DNA of 64,000 nt from NCBI GenBank assembly GCA_002794035.1, contig PCXQ01000006.1:24533-88532 (forward strand), written 5' to 3'. Both the position numbers and the translations under genes were made by a program. This DNA comes from Candidatus Yanofskybacteria bacterium CG10_big_fil_rev_8_21_14_0_10_36_16 (GTDB taxonomy: Bacteria > Patescibacteriota > Minisyncoccia > 2-02-FULL-40-12 > IGHO2-01-FULL-4-A). This document shows positions 18,193-26,669 of this stretch, one piece after another (the first letter of the stretch is position 1; every line of letters begins with the position of its first letter). The notes under the pieces were generated by a model, which worked only from the letters and a program-made list of their open reading frames with translations, did not search any database and was not told the DNA's origin.

Positions 18193-19962
18193 ATGGGTAA
18201 CATTATAATAATAATCTTGGGTATTTTCGGCTTGTTTGTCGGTTTTTTGTCTTACCTTAAAAGCAGAGAACTTAAAACAAAGCTTCAAACCCACATCTCG
18301 CTTGATACAGCAAGAGAAGAGGAGCTCAGCCAAAGAGTTTTTGAGCTATCCATATTAAAAGAGCTAGGAGAACGAGTAGGTTATTCTTTGGACGTCCAAA
18401 AAATTGTGGATGTAATTACTGGCTCCTTGCACCAATTTATAGAGTACAGCGCGGTATCATATATGTTTCTTGAGCCGGAAAAGATTGTATTTAAAATTCA
18501 TCTTGAGAAATCAGTGGACAGAAAATTCATTGATAATGTACGCGACAGAATGTTGCAGTCCTTATCGGCATTAATGAACAAGGAATTCGACAAAAGCCAA
18601 GTTGAAGAGTTTCTTTCAGGCGCCATACTTGTAGAAGATTTAAAACAACCAGTAAGGTCATTTTTCAATATTCCTATAGTAATCGCCAACAAAGTCATGG
18701 GAATATTAACTATCGCCCATACGGAAATAGGACTATACAAAGAAAAAGAAATGAGCATGCTTTATCGCATAATGCAGCAAGCATCAAGTGCTGTAACTCG
18801 TTTGCAAGAAGTAGTTGAAATAGAACAAAGGAAATTAAACTCAATGGTTGAAAGCATGACAGAGGGGGTTATTATGACCGACAAAGATTACAGAATCTTG
18901 GTAGCTAATCCTGCAGCTAGATCCGCAGTTGGACTAGAACAAGAAAAAGAAGTAACAATTTTTGATTTCATTGATAAATTAGGGGATAAGCTAGACATAA
19001 AAAATAAACTTGAGGAAAGCATACGTTTAGACAAGGTTCTTGAAGTAGAAGAGTTGCTTATAAATGACAAATTTTTTCAAGTTTTTGTATCTCCGGTCAA
19101 AAGCAAACAGGGCATTGAGAAAGGCAAAATCCTCGGAGGCGTTGTTATATTCCATGACATAACAAATGAAAAAGAAGTTGAGAAATTAAGAGAAGACTTC
19201 ACTTCTATAATGGTTCACGAATTAAGAGCTCCTCTTGATGGAATAAAAAAGAGAGCCGAGGTACTTAAAGAAGGATTGGGTATGGCAAAAGACCAAGCAG
19301 GCAAAGACGAAATCATGTCTGTTATTTATCAAAATGCCTCCCACATGCTAGAATTGGTTAATGACCTTCTTGATGTAGCTAAAATTGAAGCAGGTAAATT
19401 TGAACTTCGTAGAGAACCTTCGAATATTAAACAGATAATGAAAGAAAGGGTCAACTTCTTCAAAATTCTAGCCGAAGATGCTAAAATTGACTTGAGTTTT
19501 CAAGCCGCAGAAAACGTACCCGACGATCTGAATTTTGACCCATTAAGAATAGAACAAGTTTTAAATAATCTTATTTCAAATGCAATAAAGTTTACTGATG
19601 CAGGCGGAAGAGTGGTCGTACAAGCATTGATTCATCAAAATGGAAACAACATATCAGAGGAAGCAATCAGCAGTGGCATTGAGTGGCTAATTGATCCAAA
19701 TGATCCCAAATTAAAAAATTATCCCGATTCTTTAATTGTTGCTGTTACCGATACGGGAATCGGATTATCAAAAGAAAACATAATCCAGCTTTTCAATAAG
19801 TTCAAACAACTCCAATCATCCGCAAAAAGGAAAGAAAAGAAAGGCACAGGTCTTGGTTTGGTCATAGCAAAAGGAATTGTTGAAAGCCACAATGGAGTCA
19901 TTGGGGTAGGTTCTGAGGAAGGAAAGGGGAGCACATTTTACTTTACAATACCTATCAATTAA
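18193..19962 (+). CDS. Sensor histidine kinase (TM, GAF-like, PAS-like, HisKA, HATPase_c)
   Basis: H-box MVHELRAPLDG; G-boxes TDTGIGLS and GTGLGLVIAKGIVESHNGVIGVGSEEGKGSTFYFTIP. Confidence 0.8.
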   Translation: MGNIIIIILGIFGLFVGFLSYLKSRELKTKLQTHISLDTAREEELSQRVFELSILKELGERVGYSLDVQKIVDVITGSLHQFIEYSAVSYMFLEPEKIVFKIHLEKSVDRKFIDNVRDRMLQSLSALMNKEFDKSQVEEFLSGAILVEDLKQPVRSFFNIPIVIANKVMGILTIAHTEIGLYKEKEMSMLYRIMQQASSAVTRLQEVVEIEQRKLNSMVESMTEGVIMTDKDYRILVANPAARSAVGLEQEKEVTIFDFIDKLGDKLDIKNKLEESIRLDKVLEVEELLINDKFFQVFVSPVKSKQGIEKGKILGGVVIFHDITNEKEVEKLREDFTSIMVHELRAPLDGIKKRAEVLKEGLGMAKDQAGKDEIMSVIYQNASHMLELVNDLLDVAKIEAGKFELRREPSNIKQIMKERVNFFKILAEDAKIDLSFQAAENVPDDLNFDPLRIEQVLNNLISNAIKFTDAGGRVVVQALIHQNGNNISEEAISSGIEWLIDPNDPKLKNYPDSLIVAVTDTGIGLSKENIIQLFNKFKQLQSSAKRKEKKGTGLGLVIAKGIVESHNGVIGVGSEEGKGSTFYFTIPIN

Positions 19963-20044
19963 ATTTTATGCGCTATAAGGCATCGCTGTACATATCGTAA
20001 AACGATACGAGCTGCGCCACCGTATACCGCAATATGAATAACAA

Positions 20045-20431
20045 ATGTCTAAAAAAATACTTGTCGTTGATGACGAAGAATTTGTATTAAAAGCATTGTC
20101 TGACAAGCTTCAACAGTCAGGATTTGAGGTGTTTGAAGCATCAGACGGCGAAGAAGGTCTTGATGCAGCATTCAAAAACCATCCAGATCTAATTTTGCTT
20201 GATGTTGTAATGCCAAAAATGGACGGCATTGAGGTCATGAAAAAACTAAGGCAAGACAACTGGGGCAAGGATGTGCCATTGATTCTTCTTACCCGTCTTG
20301 AACCAGACGATAATATGCTTCAGGAAATTATCGCTAATAAACCCACTTACTACTTAGTTAAAAGCAATTACAGAATAGAGGACGTAGTAAATAAAGTAAA
20401 AGAAAAACTCGGAATGCCTGTGGAAGAATAA
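20045..20431 (+). CDS. Single-domain response regulator (CheY-like REC)
   Basis: ILVVDDEEFV...LILLDVVMPKMDG...LILLTRLEP. Confidence 0.8.
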   Translation: MSKKILVVDDEEFVLKALSDKLQQSGFEVFEASDGEEGLDAAFKNHPDLILLDVVMPKMDGIEVMKKLRQDNWGKDVPLILLTRLEPDDNMLQEIIANKPTYYLVKSNYRIEDVVNKVKEKLGMPVEE

Positions 20432-20443
20432 AAGACACTATAT

Positions 20444-20476
20444 AAAAAAACAGACGTATTAATGTCTGTTTTTTTA
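20444..20476 (+). terminator. Rho-independent terminator
   Basis: aaaaaaacagacg-tattaa-tgtctgttttttt. Confidence 0.7.
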
Positions 20477-20531
20477 TATAAGTCATATTTATTCTCTTGA
20501 TATAATGCCAAAAATATAGTAATATAAAAAT

Positions 20532-20608
<77 letters not shown>

Positions 20609-20696
20609 TTTTAAGCGTAAAAATTGCGTCGAAATGAGCACATTTCAACGTACTTAAAAAATACCCATTTGGGTATTTTTTGTTTCAACTAATTAT

Positions 20697-20778
20697 GCGG
20701 TAGGATTTGAACCGCGGGTCGCAGGCGAAGCCGTAGATGCCGAGTACTCTCGGCGTCAAATCCTACCCCCGCAACCAT
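20697..20778. repeat. Inverted plus direct partial copies of the tRNA-Met 3-prime end (about 20 nt each) flanking a small hairpin-rich spacer
   Basis: 20757-20778 gtcaaatcctacccccgcaacca matches the tRNA 3-prime end including CCA. 20700-20718 gcggtaggatttgaacc is the reverse complement of the T-arm region. Confidence 0.45.
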
Positions 20779-21063
20779 CCTACGCCAAAACCGCCTAAAA
20801 GGCGGTTTTGGCTTCGGAATGGTTCTGCGAGAATAGCATTCCGAAAGTTTACTGAAGGATACCCCACAATTGAGCGAGGGCGACCTAAGGAAGCCCCGCG
20901 GGGCGAAAACGTACTGAGGTCAATAGACCGAATGTGCAACAAACGAACGGATGTGGAGGGGCAAATATTGATCCCGCCCTTGAATCTCAAGAGCGGGATT
21001 GACAGAATAGTATATTTTTGCTATTCTGTTTTTAGTTATTTAAGAATAAGGAGATTGGCAACG

Positions 21064-21642
21064 ATGAGCAGAGAAACGCGGCAAAAATCTAGGTTTGAGC
21101 TTATCGAAAGCAAAAAAACTTTTCTTGTAGGACATTATGTTTATTCTAACGGTCTTGATTCACCGGACATTGTTTCCTTAAGTTCAGGCAGAATTATACT
21201 TAACTTGGCAGAACAAGAGAACCTTGTTGCAGATGAAGAGAAGCAAGAAATATTAGCCCAGCTTGAAAATTCTGGGCTCCCAGAAAACGATCCCGCAAGG
21301 TTTGAACTTTGCGATTGTCCAAATACTATACCCCCTGGATATTTCTATACTTCTAAAGGAAACGTGTCATGTGTTATATTTTCCCTAAGTTTGGGCAGGC
21401 AAGTCCTTAAAATGGGACAAGAAATTCCAATTTTTTTGAATGAGGATGCTGAGGTAATGCTAACTCAGCTAGAAGCATCAGGTCTTCCAGAAAACGATCC
21501 CAGCCCAGAAGAAATCCGGAATGCAAATAAAAAAGCCCAAGAAGTTGAATTTGAAAAAATGTTGTTGAAAGATATGGGCATTCCCAAGAATGAAATCGAA
21601 GCTTTTCTGTCAGGAGGTCTCCCTGACACAGAAGAAAACTAA
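21064..21642 (+). CDS. Hypothetical protein with an internal repeat (L.QLE.SGLPENDP twice)
   Basis: ATG with RBS AAGGAG. The longer ORF from 20737 overlaps the tRNA-like fragment and a GC-rich structured region and is rejected. Confidence 0.5.
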   Translation: MSRETRQKSRFELIESKKTFLVGHYVYSNGLDSPDIVSLSSGRIILNLAEQENLVADEEKQEILAQLENSGLPENDPARFELCDCPNTIPPGYFYTSKGNVSCVIFSLSLGRQVLKMGQEIPIFLNEDAEVMLTQLEASGLPENDPSPEEIRNANKKAQEVEFEKMLLKDMGIPKNEIEAFLSGGLPDTEEN

Positions 21643-21660
21643 GTTCACATAAAACCACAG

Positions 21661-21686
21661 CCCCGCCGTAGCGGGGTTATTTTATT
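21661..21686 (+). terminator. Terminator hairpin ccccgc-cgta-gcgggg + T-run (one of a convergent pair)
   Basis: Seen in sequence. The mirror hairpin at 21708-21734 serves the minus-strand gene. Confidence 0.6.
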
Positions 21687-21754
21687 TTTAATTATAGAAT
21701 TTTTCATACAAAAACCCCGCTACGGCGGGGTTTTAATGTTTTCAATTATTACTA

Positions 21755-21949
21755 CTATCTTAGAAAAATAACCTGAGATGCAACCATAGCTGATGACAAC
21801 AAATCAATTGTGTTAACCATGTGACTGAACACGGCAAGCATTATGCCTGCAAACGTAGCAACAAACATATGATAAATCATACTCATACCAGCTGCTTGTT
21901 TTTGCTTTCTAGAAACCTTCAAAACCTTACTATGTTTTTTTGAAGCCAT
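21755..21949 (-). CDS. Small membrane protein (64 aa; basic N-terminus plus one TM)
   Basis: On the minus strand, AGGAGGG lies 8 nt before the ATG; a terminator hairpin follows. Confidence 0.5.
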   Translation of the reverse strand: MASKKHSKVLKVSRKQKQAAGMSMIYHMFVATFAGIMLAVFSHMVNTIDLLSSAMVASQVIFLR

Positions 21950-22261
21950 GTTTATAATTCCCTCCTATTAATTACAAACTATGAAGCGCGAATTGCACTC
22001 TTAGTAACTAAATAGTGTATTTATTGCTAGTTTAGGAGTGCAGAGCCCAAATAATAAGAGTTTGGATTCTGTACTTTTATTATTATACCACCTTGAAATA
22101 CATAGGAAAATACGATATTATCAACATTAGAATTAATCGTTCTAAAAATATAAAAATTACCAATTGCCGGTGTAGTTCAACGGCTACCTGCCCGCCAATC
22201 GCCTGACGGCTCAAGCCAGATGGCAGGCGGGGAACGAAGGACTCATGCTACTCAATTTTTT

Positions 22262-22335
22262 GGCAGGGTAGCTCAGCTGGTTAGAGCGAGGGACTCATAA
22301 GCCCTAGGTCGCGGGTTCGAATCCCGCCCCTGTCA
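22262..22335 (+). tRNA. tRNA with CAU anticodon (elongator Met or lysidine-modified Ile2)
   Basis: Acceptor ggcaggg/ccctgtc (one G-U), D-arm gctc-agctggtta-gagc, anticodon loop cuCAUaa, T-arm gcggg-ttcgaat-cccgc. No CCA encoded. Confidence 0.75.
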
Positions 22336-22402
22336 CTGCCAAAAAATTGAGTAACTAAACAAACCTAGACACCCCACCATGGTGGGGTCATCGATGCTAT
22401 AT

Positions 22403-22456
22403 ATGAAATCCCTATGGTTTTCCGCACGGAAAATCATAGGGATTTCATTTTTATTT
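22403..22456 (+). terminator. Long-stem rho-independent terminator (22-bp stem)
   Basis: atgaaatccctatggttttccg-cac-ggaaaatcatagggatttcat followed by ttttattt. Confidence 0.7.
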
Positions 22457-22590
22457 AATTTTCATATATACTAGGTTAGGCAATTAATTTTACAATTTTC
22501 AATTTTTAATTTTCAACAAATAAATTTTAACATTAAAAAATATAATATTAGTAAATTTAGTTTAGAAATTAGAAATTAAAAATTTTTATT

Positions 22591-24093
22591 GTGTTTAGAG
22601 GTAAAACTTTCAAAGACTTCTTAATACGTCCGCAAAAAAGCGTAATAATCTCCAGAAGAAAAGGAGTGGATTTGTCGTTGCCGTTATCAAGCAACATAAC
22701 GCTTCAATTGCCTATTGTTGGTGCCAACATGGATACAGTTTCCGGACCCAAATCTGCTAAAGCAGCAGCCATGGAAGGCGGAATAGTTTTCTTACCCCGC
22801 AATTGTTCCATAAAAAAACAAGCTGGATGGGTTAGGGAGGTAAAAAGACAACATGCTTTTGTTGTTGACAATCCAGTAAGCGTTGAAAAAGACATGACAA
22901 TAGAAGAAGCAAAAGAAATCATTGATAAACACAAACAGGAAGGACTACGCATAAGCGGACTACTAGTTGAACAATCAAAAAATAGCAATAAGCTGTCGGG
23001 TATATTAACTGACAGAGATATTAAATATGGACTAAGCCACAAAAACAACAACATGAGAAAAGTGAGTGATTTTATGACTTCGTTTAAAGACGGAAGGCTC
23101 ATAACTGCAACTCCCGGTATTAATATAGAAGATGCCGAAAAAATAATGCTTGAGAGTCGCAAAGAAAAACTGCCCTTAGTAGATGAGGTTGGCAACATAA
23201 AGGGTCTTATAACCATGAGAGACATCACCACATTCAAAAACAAACCCTATTCAAATAGAGATAAGAAGGGGCGCCTTAGAGTAGGTGCAGCAATAGGGGC
23301 AAGAGGTGATTATCTTGAACGAGCCGAAGAACTCATCAAAGAAGGGGTGGACTGCATACTGATTGATATAGCTCACTTTGACTCAGAAGTAGGGCACAGT
23401 GCAGCAGTAGAGTTTAGAAAAAAATTCCCAGACACAGAGCTTGTATGTGGCAACATGGCAACATCAAAAGCAGTTGAAAGAGCATTAGAACTTGGAATAA
23501 ATATAAACGCAGTCAAAATAGGCATCGGACCCGGCAGAGGATGCAGAACCCGCCTTGAAACAAATTTTGGGGTACCACAGCTTCAAGCAATAAGAGAGGC
23601 ATATCTTGTAATACGCCGAGCCCAATTAACCGGAATGACAAATTACAATGTTCCCATAATTGCCGACGGGGGCATTAATTACAAGGGAGGAATCGCTCTG
23701 TCTTTACTTTGTGGAGCATCATCAGTAATGCTCGGAAGTATGCTTGCTGGCACGCGCGAAGCGCCGGGAATACTTTATAAAGATCCTAAAACAAAACAAC
23801 TTATGAAGATTTACAGAGGAATGACCTCCCCTGAAGCAGTAATTGACAGTCACGATGACGAAGGAGAAGCACTCGATGCCCTTGAAACTCCAGCCGAAGG
23901 GCAATCCGTTCCTGTTCAATATACAGGCCCCATGGAAGATCTCCTAAAAGAAATAAGAGGTGTATTGGCATCCGCAGTAAGTTATGCAGGAGAAGAAACC
24001 CTAGCCAATGCTCGAGAAAAGATATCCCAAAATCCAGAACGCTATATTGTGCCATTGTCTGAAGCATCGAAGCATGAATCTTTTGATAGATAG
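22591..24093 (+). CDS. guaB: IMP dehydrogenase family protein with CBS domains
   Basis: GTG start. KTFKDFLIRPQKS...LPIVGANMDTVSG...AMEGGIVFL; catalytic loop GIGPGRGCRT; CBS pair. Confidence 0.75.
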   Translation: MFRGKTFKDFLIRPQKSVIISRRKGVDLSLPLSSNITLQLPIVGANMDTVSGPKSAKAAAMEGGIVFLPRNCSIKKQAGWVREVKRQHAFVVDNPVSVEKDMTIEEAKEIIDKHKQEGLRISGLLVEQSKNSNKLSGILTDRDIKYGLSHKNNNMRKVSDFMTSFKDGRLITATPGINIEDAEKIMLESRKEKLPLVDEVGNIKGLITMRDITTFKNKPYSNRDKKGRLRVGAAIGARGDYLERAEELIKEGVDCILIDIAHFDSEVGHSAAVEFRKKFPDTELVCGNMATSKAVERALELGININAVKIGIGPGRGCRTRLETNFGVPQLQAIREAYLVIRRAQLTGMTNYNVPIIADGGINYKGGIALSLLCGASSVMLGSMLAGTREAPGILYKDPKTKQLMKIYRGMTSPEAVIDSHDDEGEALDALETPAEGQSVPVQYTGPMEDLLKEIRGVLASAVSYAGEETLANAREKISQNPERYIVPLSEASKHESFDR

Positions 24094-24287
24094 AACTTAC
24101 GCGGTAAAAAATATGAACCCCTAAAAAAATGGGGCTTACATATTTTTTACCCACAGGGGTTTGAAACAATTTCTTTGTTAAAATTTCCGCTTGGCACTCG
24201 ACGTACTATTTGTACGCCTCGTGCCAATGCTCTATTTTGCCTCGAAATTGCTCAAACGCGTAAAGTTCTAAAAACTGTTTTTTAATA

Positions 24288-24316
24288 TTGAATTTATTAT
24301 AAAAATGGGTTATAGT
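24288..24316 (+). promoter_or_regulatory. Candidate sigma70-type promoter for tRNA-Asp (TTGAAT-17-TATAGT)
   Basis: ttgaatttattataaaaatgggttatagt; the spacing matches the -35/-10 consensus. Confidence 0.35.
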
Positions 24317-24343
24317 GTTTTCATGATGTTGGGGGGGGTTATC

Positions 24344-24396
24344 CCCACACTCATTTGTCGCACATCATCTATGAAATCGACAAATTAGTGTGGGGG
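24344..24396. repeat. Palindromic hairpin CCCCACACTCATTTGTCG...CGACAAATTAGTGTGGGGG overlapping the 5-prime end of tRNA-Asp
   Basis: 18-bp stem with 1 mismatch. Shares the CCCCACACTCAT arm with the palindrome at 16675. Confidence 0.55.
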
Positions 24397-24465
24397 CGTA
24401 GCTCAACTGGTCAGAGCGCTGCCCTGTCACGGCAGAGGTTGCGGGTTCAAGTCCCGTCGCTCCCG
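24392..24465 (+). tRNA. tRNA-Asp (GUC)
   Basis: Acceptor gggggcg/cgctccc, anticodon arm ctgcc-cuGUCac-ggcag, T-arm gcggg-ttcaagt-cccgt. No CCA encoded. Confidence 0.8.
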
Positions 24466-24654
24466 CTTCAATAAATTAAAACGGCATAAATGCTGTTTTA
24501 ATTTGGTGCAATGTTTGAGAGTAAGGGGACTTGAACAGTCCCGCAAAGCGGGACAAGGTTCAGCTCAAATTTTTAACGCCCCGCTGTGTTTCGTAAACTC
24601 AACACAAAGCGGGACTAAATTTGAGGATTAAAGCCAAGCAGTTGGCTTTAATCG

Positions 24655-24708
24655 CCGTCGCTCCCGCTTCAATAAATTAAAACGGCATAAATGCTATTTT
24701 AATTTGGT
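24655..24708. repeat. 54-bp direct repeat of the tRNA-Asp 3-prime end plus downstream flank (second copy; first copy at 24454-24507)
   Basis: ccgtcgctcccgcttcaataaattaaaacggcataaatgct(g/a)ttttaatttggt appears twice, 53/54 identical, enclosing a 147-bp hairpin-rich segment. Confidence 0.7.
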
Positions 24709-24807
24709 ATAAATTATAGAAACAATTATTTTTTATTCATACAGCCCTTAAGAATTTCAAAGGCTAAGTTTGCCAAAAAAAACAGATACTGCTAAATTAA
24801 AGATAAT

Positions 24808-25965
24808 ATGGAAATTAAAATTGATTATGAGAAAGAAAAACAACTAAGAGAGGAGCTGTCTAAAAAAGACGATCCTGACAGCAAGCGCTTAAAGCGCTTT
24901 TTGGATATGCCAGACCTCACCCGCACGCCGGGCAGTCCTATACACGAAATAACAAAACGAATCATAGACCTGCCTGATTTTAAGGATTTTGATACCGTAG
25001 AAGCCCCTGAAATAGTACCGGCTGATATTAGCTTTGATCTCTTTAATTTCCCGGAAGATCACCCAGCCCGAAGCAAATCCGACACATACTATGCGGATGA
25101 CAAAAACATTCTCCGCACTCACACAACTGTCATGTGGTACTACTACCTTATGAATGAAAAGATAAGAGAAAGGATTAAAAATCTTGAATCAATAGGCTCT
25201 TTGTCTCATGGAAAAGTTTATCGAAAAGATGAAATAGACCGAAATCACATGAACGTTTTCCACCAAATGGATGGATGGTATTTAACACCCCGCGATAAAA
25301 AAGTCATCGGCATTGAAGATCTACAGGACGTTTTAGTAAAAATTGCACAGGCAGTTTTTGGTAAAGACATTAAATACAGATTTAACCAAGATGAGTTCCC
25401 ATACACAGATCCGAGCGTTGAAATGGAAGTTGAAGTTGGCCCTTCGACAAACTCAGGACAAGCTCGCTGGATTGAGGTGCTTGGCAGTGGAATAGTTAGG
25501 GGAGTCGTGCTTGAAAAACTAGACGTTGATTCAAAAATATACAACGGATGGGCTTTTGGGTTCGGTCTTGAGCGTTTGGCAATAATTAGCATGGACTTGC
25601 CCGATATTCGATTGCTTTGGTCAGATGATTCAAGAGTAAAAAAACAGCTTAAACTAGGCAAAAAATTCAAAGAAGTAAGCAAATACCCGCCAATCACAAG
25701 AGATATTTCGTTTATTGTTTCAAAAGATTTTGTACCAAATAATTACTTCGATTTAATAAGAGATTTAGGCGGAGATCTCATAGAGGAGGTACAGCTGATA
25801 GACAAATATGAAGATGACAGCAAGTTTGGTAAAGATAAAATGAGTTATACCTATCGCATAATCTACCGAAGCATGGAACGTACTCTCACAAACGAAGAGG
25901 TAGATGAAATAAATGATAAAGTTTATGAGCAAACAAAATCTCAGTTCCAAGCTGAATTGAGATAG
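24808..25965 (+). CDS. pheS: Phenylalanine--tRNA ligase alpha subunit
   Basis: Class II motifs: FPEDHPARSKSDTYY, FHQMDGW, GFGLERLAIISMDLPDIRLL. Confidence 0.85.
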   Translation: MEIKIDYEKEKQLREELSKKDDPDSKRLKRFLDMPDLTRTPGSPIHEITKRIIDLPDFKDFDTVEAPEIVPADISFDLFNFPEDHPARSKSDTYYADDKNILRTHTTVMWYYYLMNEKIRERIKNLESIGSLSHGKVYRKDEIDRNHMNVFHQMDGWYLTPRDKKVIGIEDLQDVLVKIAQAVFGKDIKYRFNQDEFPYTDPSVEMEVEVGPSTNSGQARWIEVLGSGIVRGVVLEKLDVDSKIYNGWAFGFGLERLAIISMDLPDIRLLWSDDSRVKKQLKLGKKFKEVSKYPPITRDISFIVSKDFVPNNYFDLIRDLGGDLIEEVQLIDKYEDDSKFGKDKMSYTYRIIYRSMERTLTNEEVDEINDKVYEQTKSQFQAELR

Positions 25966-25972
25966 TACTTTA

Positions 25973-26443
25973 GTGGAAATATTACTGAAAAAATCATACT
26001 TAACAATGATTAAAAATAGCATAGGAACAAAAATGTTCCGAAATCTTTTTGCCTATTTAGAAAATGGTGAGGAAAAAGACATTTTACAAAACGGCAAAAA
26101 CTCCTGTGCTGTTTTTGTTTCTGCTGTGTTATATATGAGCAAATTAATTGAAAGCATGCACGCAACAGTTGCCAGCACAGTGAAAGATCTGGAAAAATCA
26201 GGATGGGGAAAGGTTGAAAATCCGAAATCAGGAGACGTTTTGGTTTGGGAACCATTTCTCTGGCCCGGAGATAAAGAAAAACATGAGCACATAGGTTTCT
26301 ATATTGGAGATGAAAAAGCCATAAGCAATGACTCCAAATCCGGCACACCACAAGAACATCACATCACATACGGCGAAGAAAGCGGTTCTCCTGTTAGAAA
26401 AATTACGGCAATTTATAGACATCCAAAAATAAATAGTAAATAA
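25973..26443 (+). CDS. Hypothetical protein with a possible papain-like (CHAP/NlpC-P60-like) Cys/His arrangement
   Basis: NGKNSCAVFVSAVL ... HEHIGFYIGD pattern only; no signal peptide; weak assignment. Confidence 0.35.
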   Translation: MEILLKKSYLTMIKNSIGTKMFRNLFAYLENGEEKDILQNGKNSCAVFVSAVLYMSKLIESMHATVASTVKDLEKSGWGKVENPKSGDVLVWEPFLWPGDKEKHEHIGFYIGDEKAISNDSKSGTPQEHHITYGEESGSPVRKITAIYRHPKINSK

Positions 26444-26464
26444 GTAGTATCTGGCACATCTAAA

Positions 26465-26498
26465 AAAGCCAATAAAACACGTTTTTGTTGGCTTTTTT
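26465..26498 (+). terminator. Rho-independent terminator
   Basis: aaaagccaa-taaaacacgttttt-gttggctttttt. Confidence 0.6.
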
Positions 26499-26669
26499 GC
26501 TTATTTTTGGGGGATAATTTAAGTTGATTATAATTGTCAAAAATGATAGTATAAAATAGTTAAGGGACCGCCCAATAACTCACATAATGGGTGGTCTATT
26601 TAGTAAACCATCAATTCCTCCGCCTTATAGTTCCACTAAATTAGGACCAGCGGATGAACCTTCAACAAG

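Noticed and set aside
20737-21063. Long + strand ORF (20737..21642, 5-prime part) and minus-strand ORF 20763..20990 across the GC-rich segment
   Set aside because: They overlap tRNA-derived sequence and a hairpin-dense GC-rich region. A good RBS plus ATG at 21064 defines a shorter, more credible gene. The upstream translation has no protein-like features.
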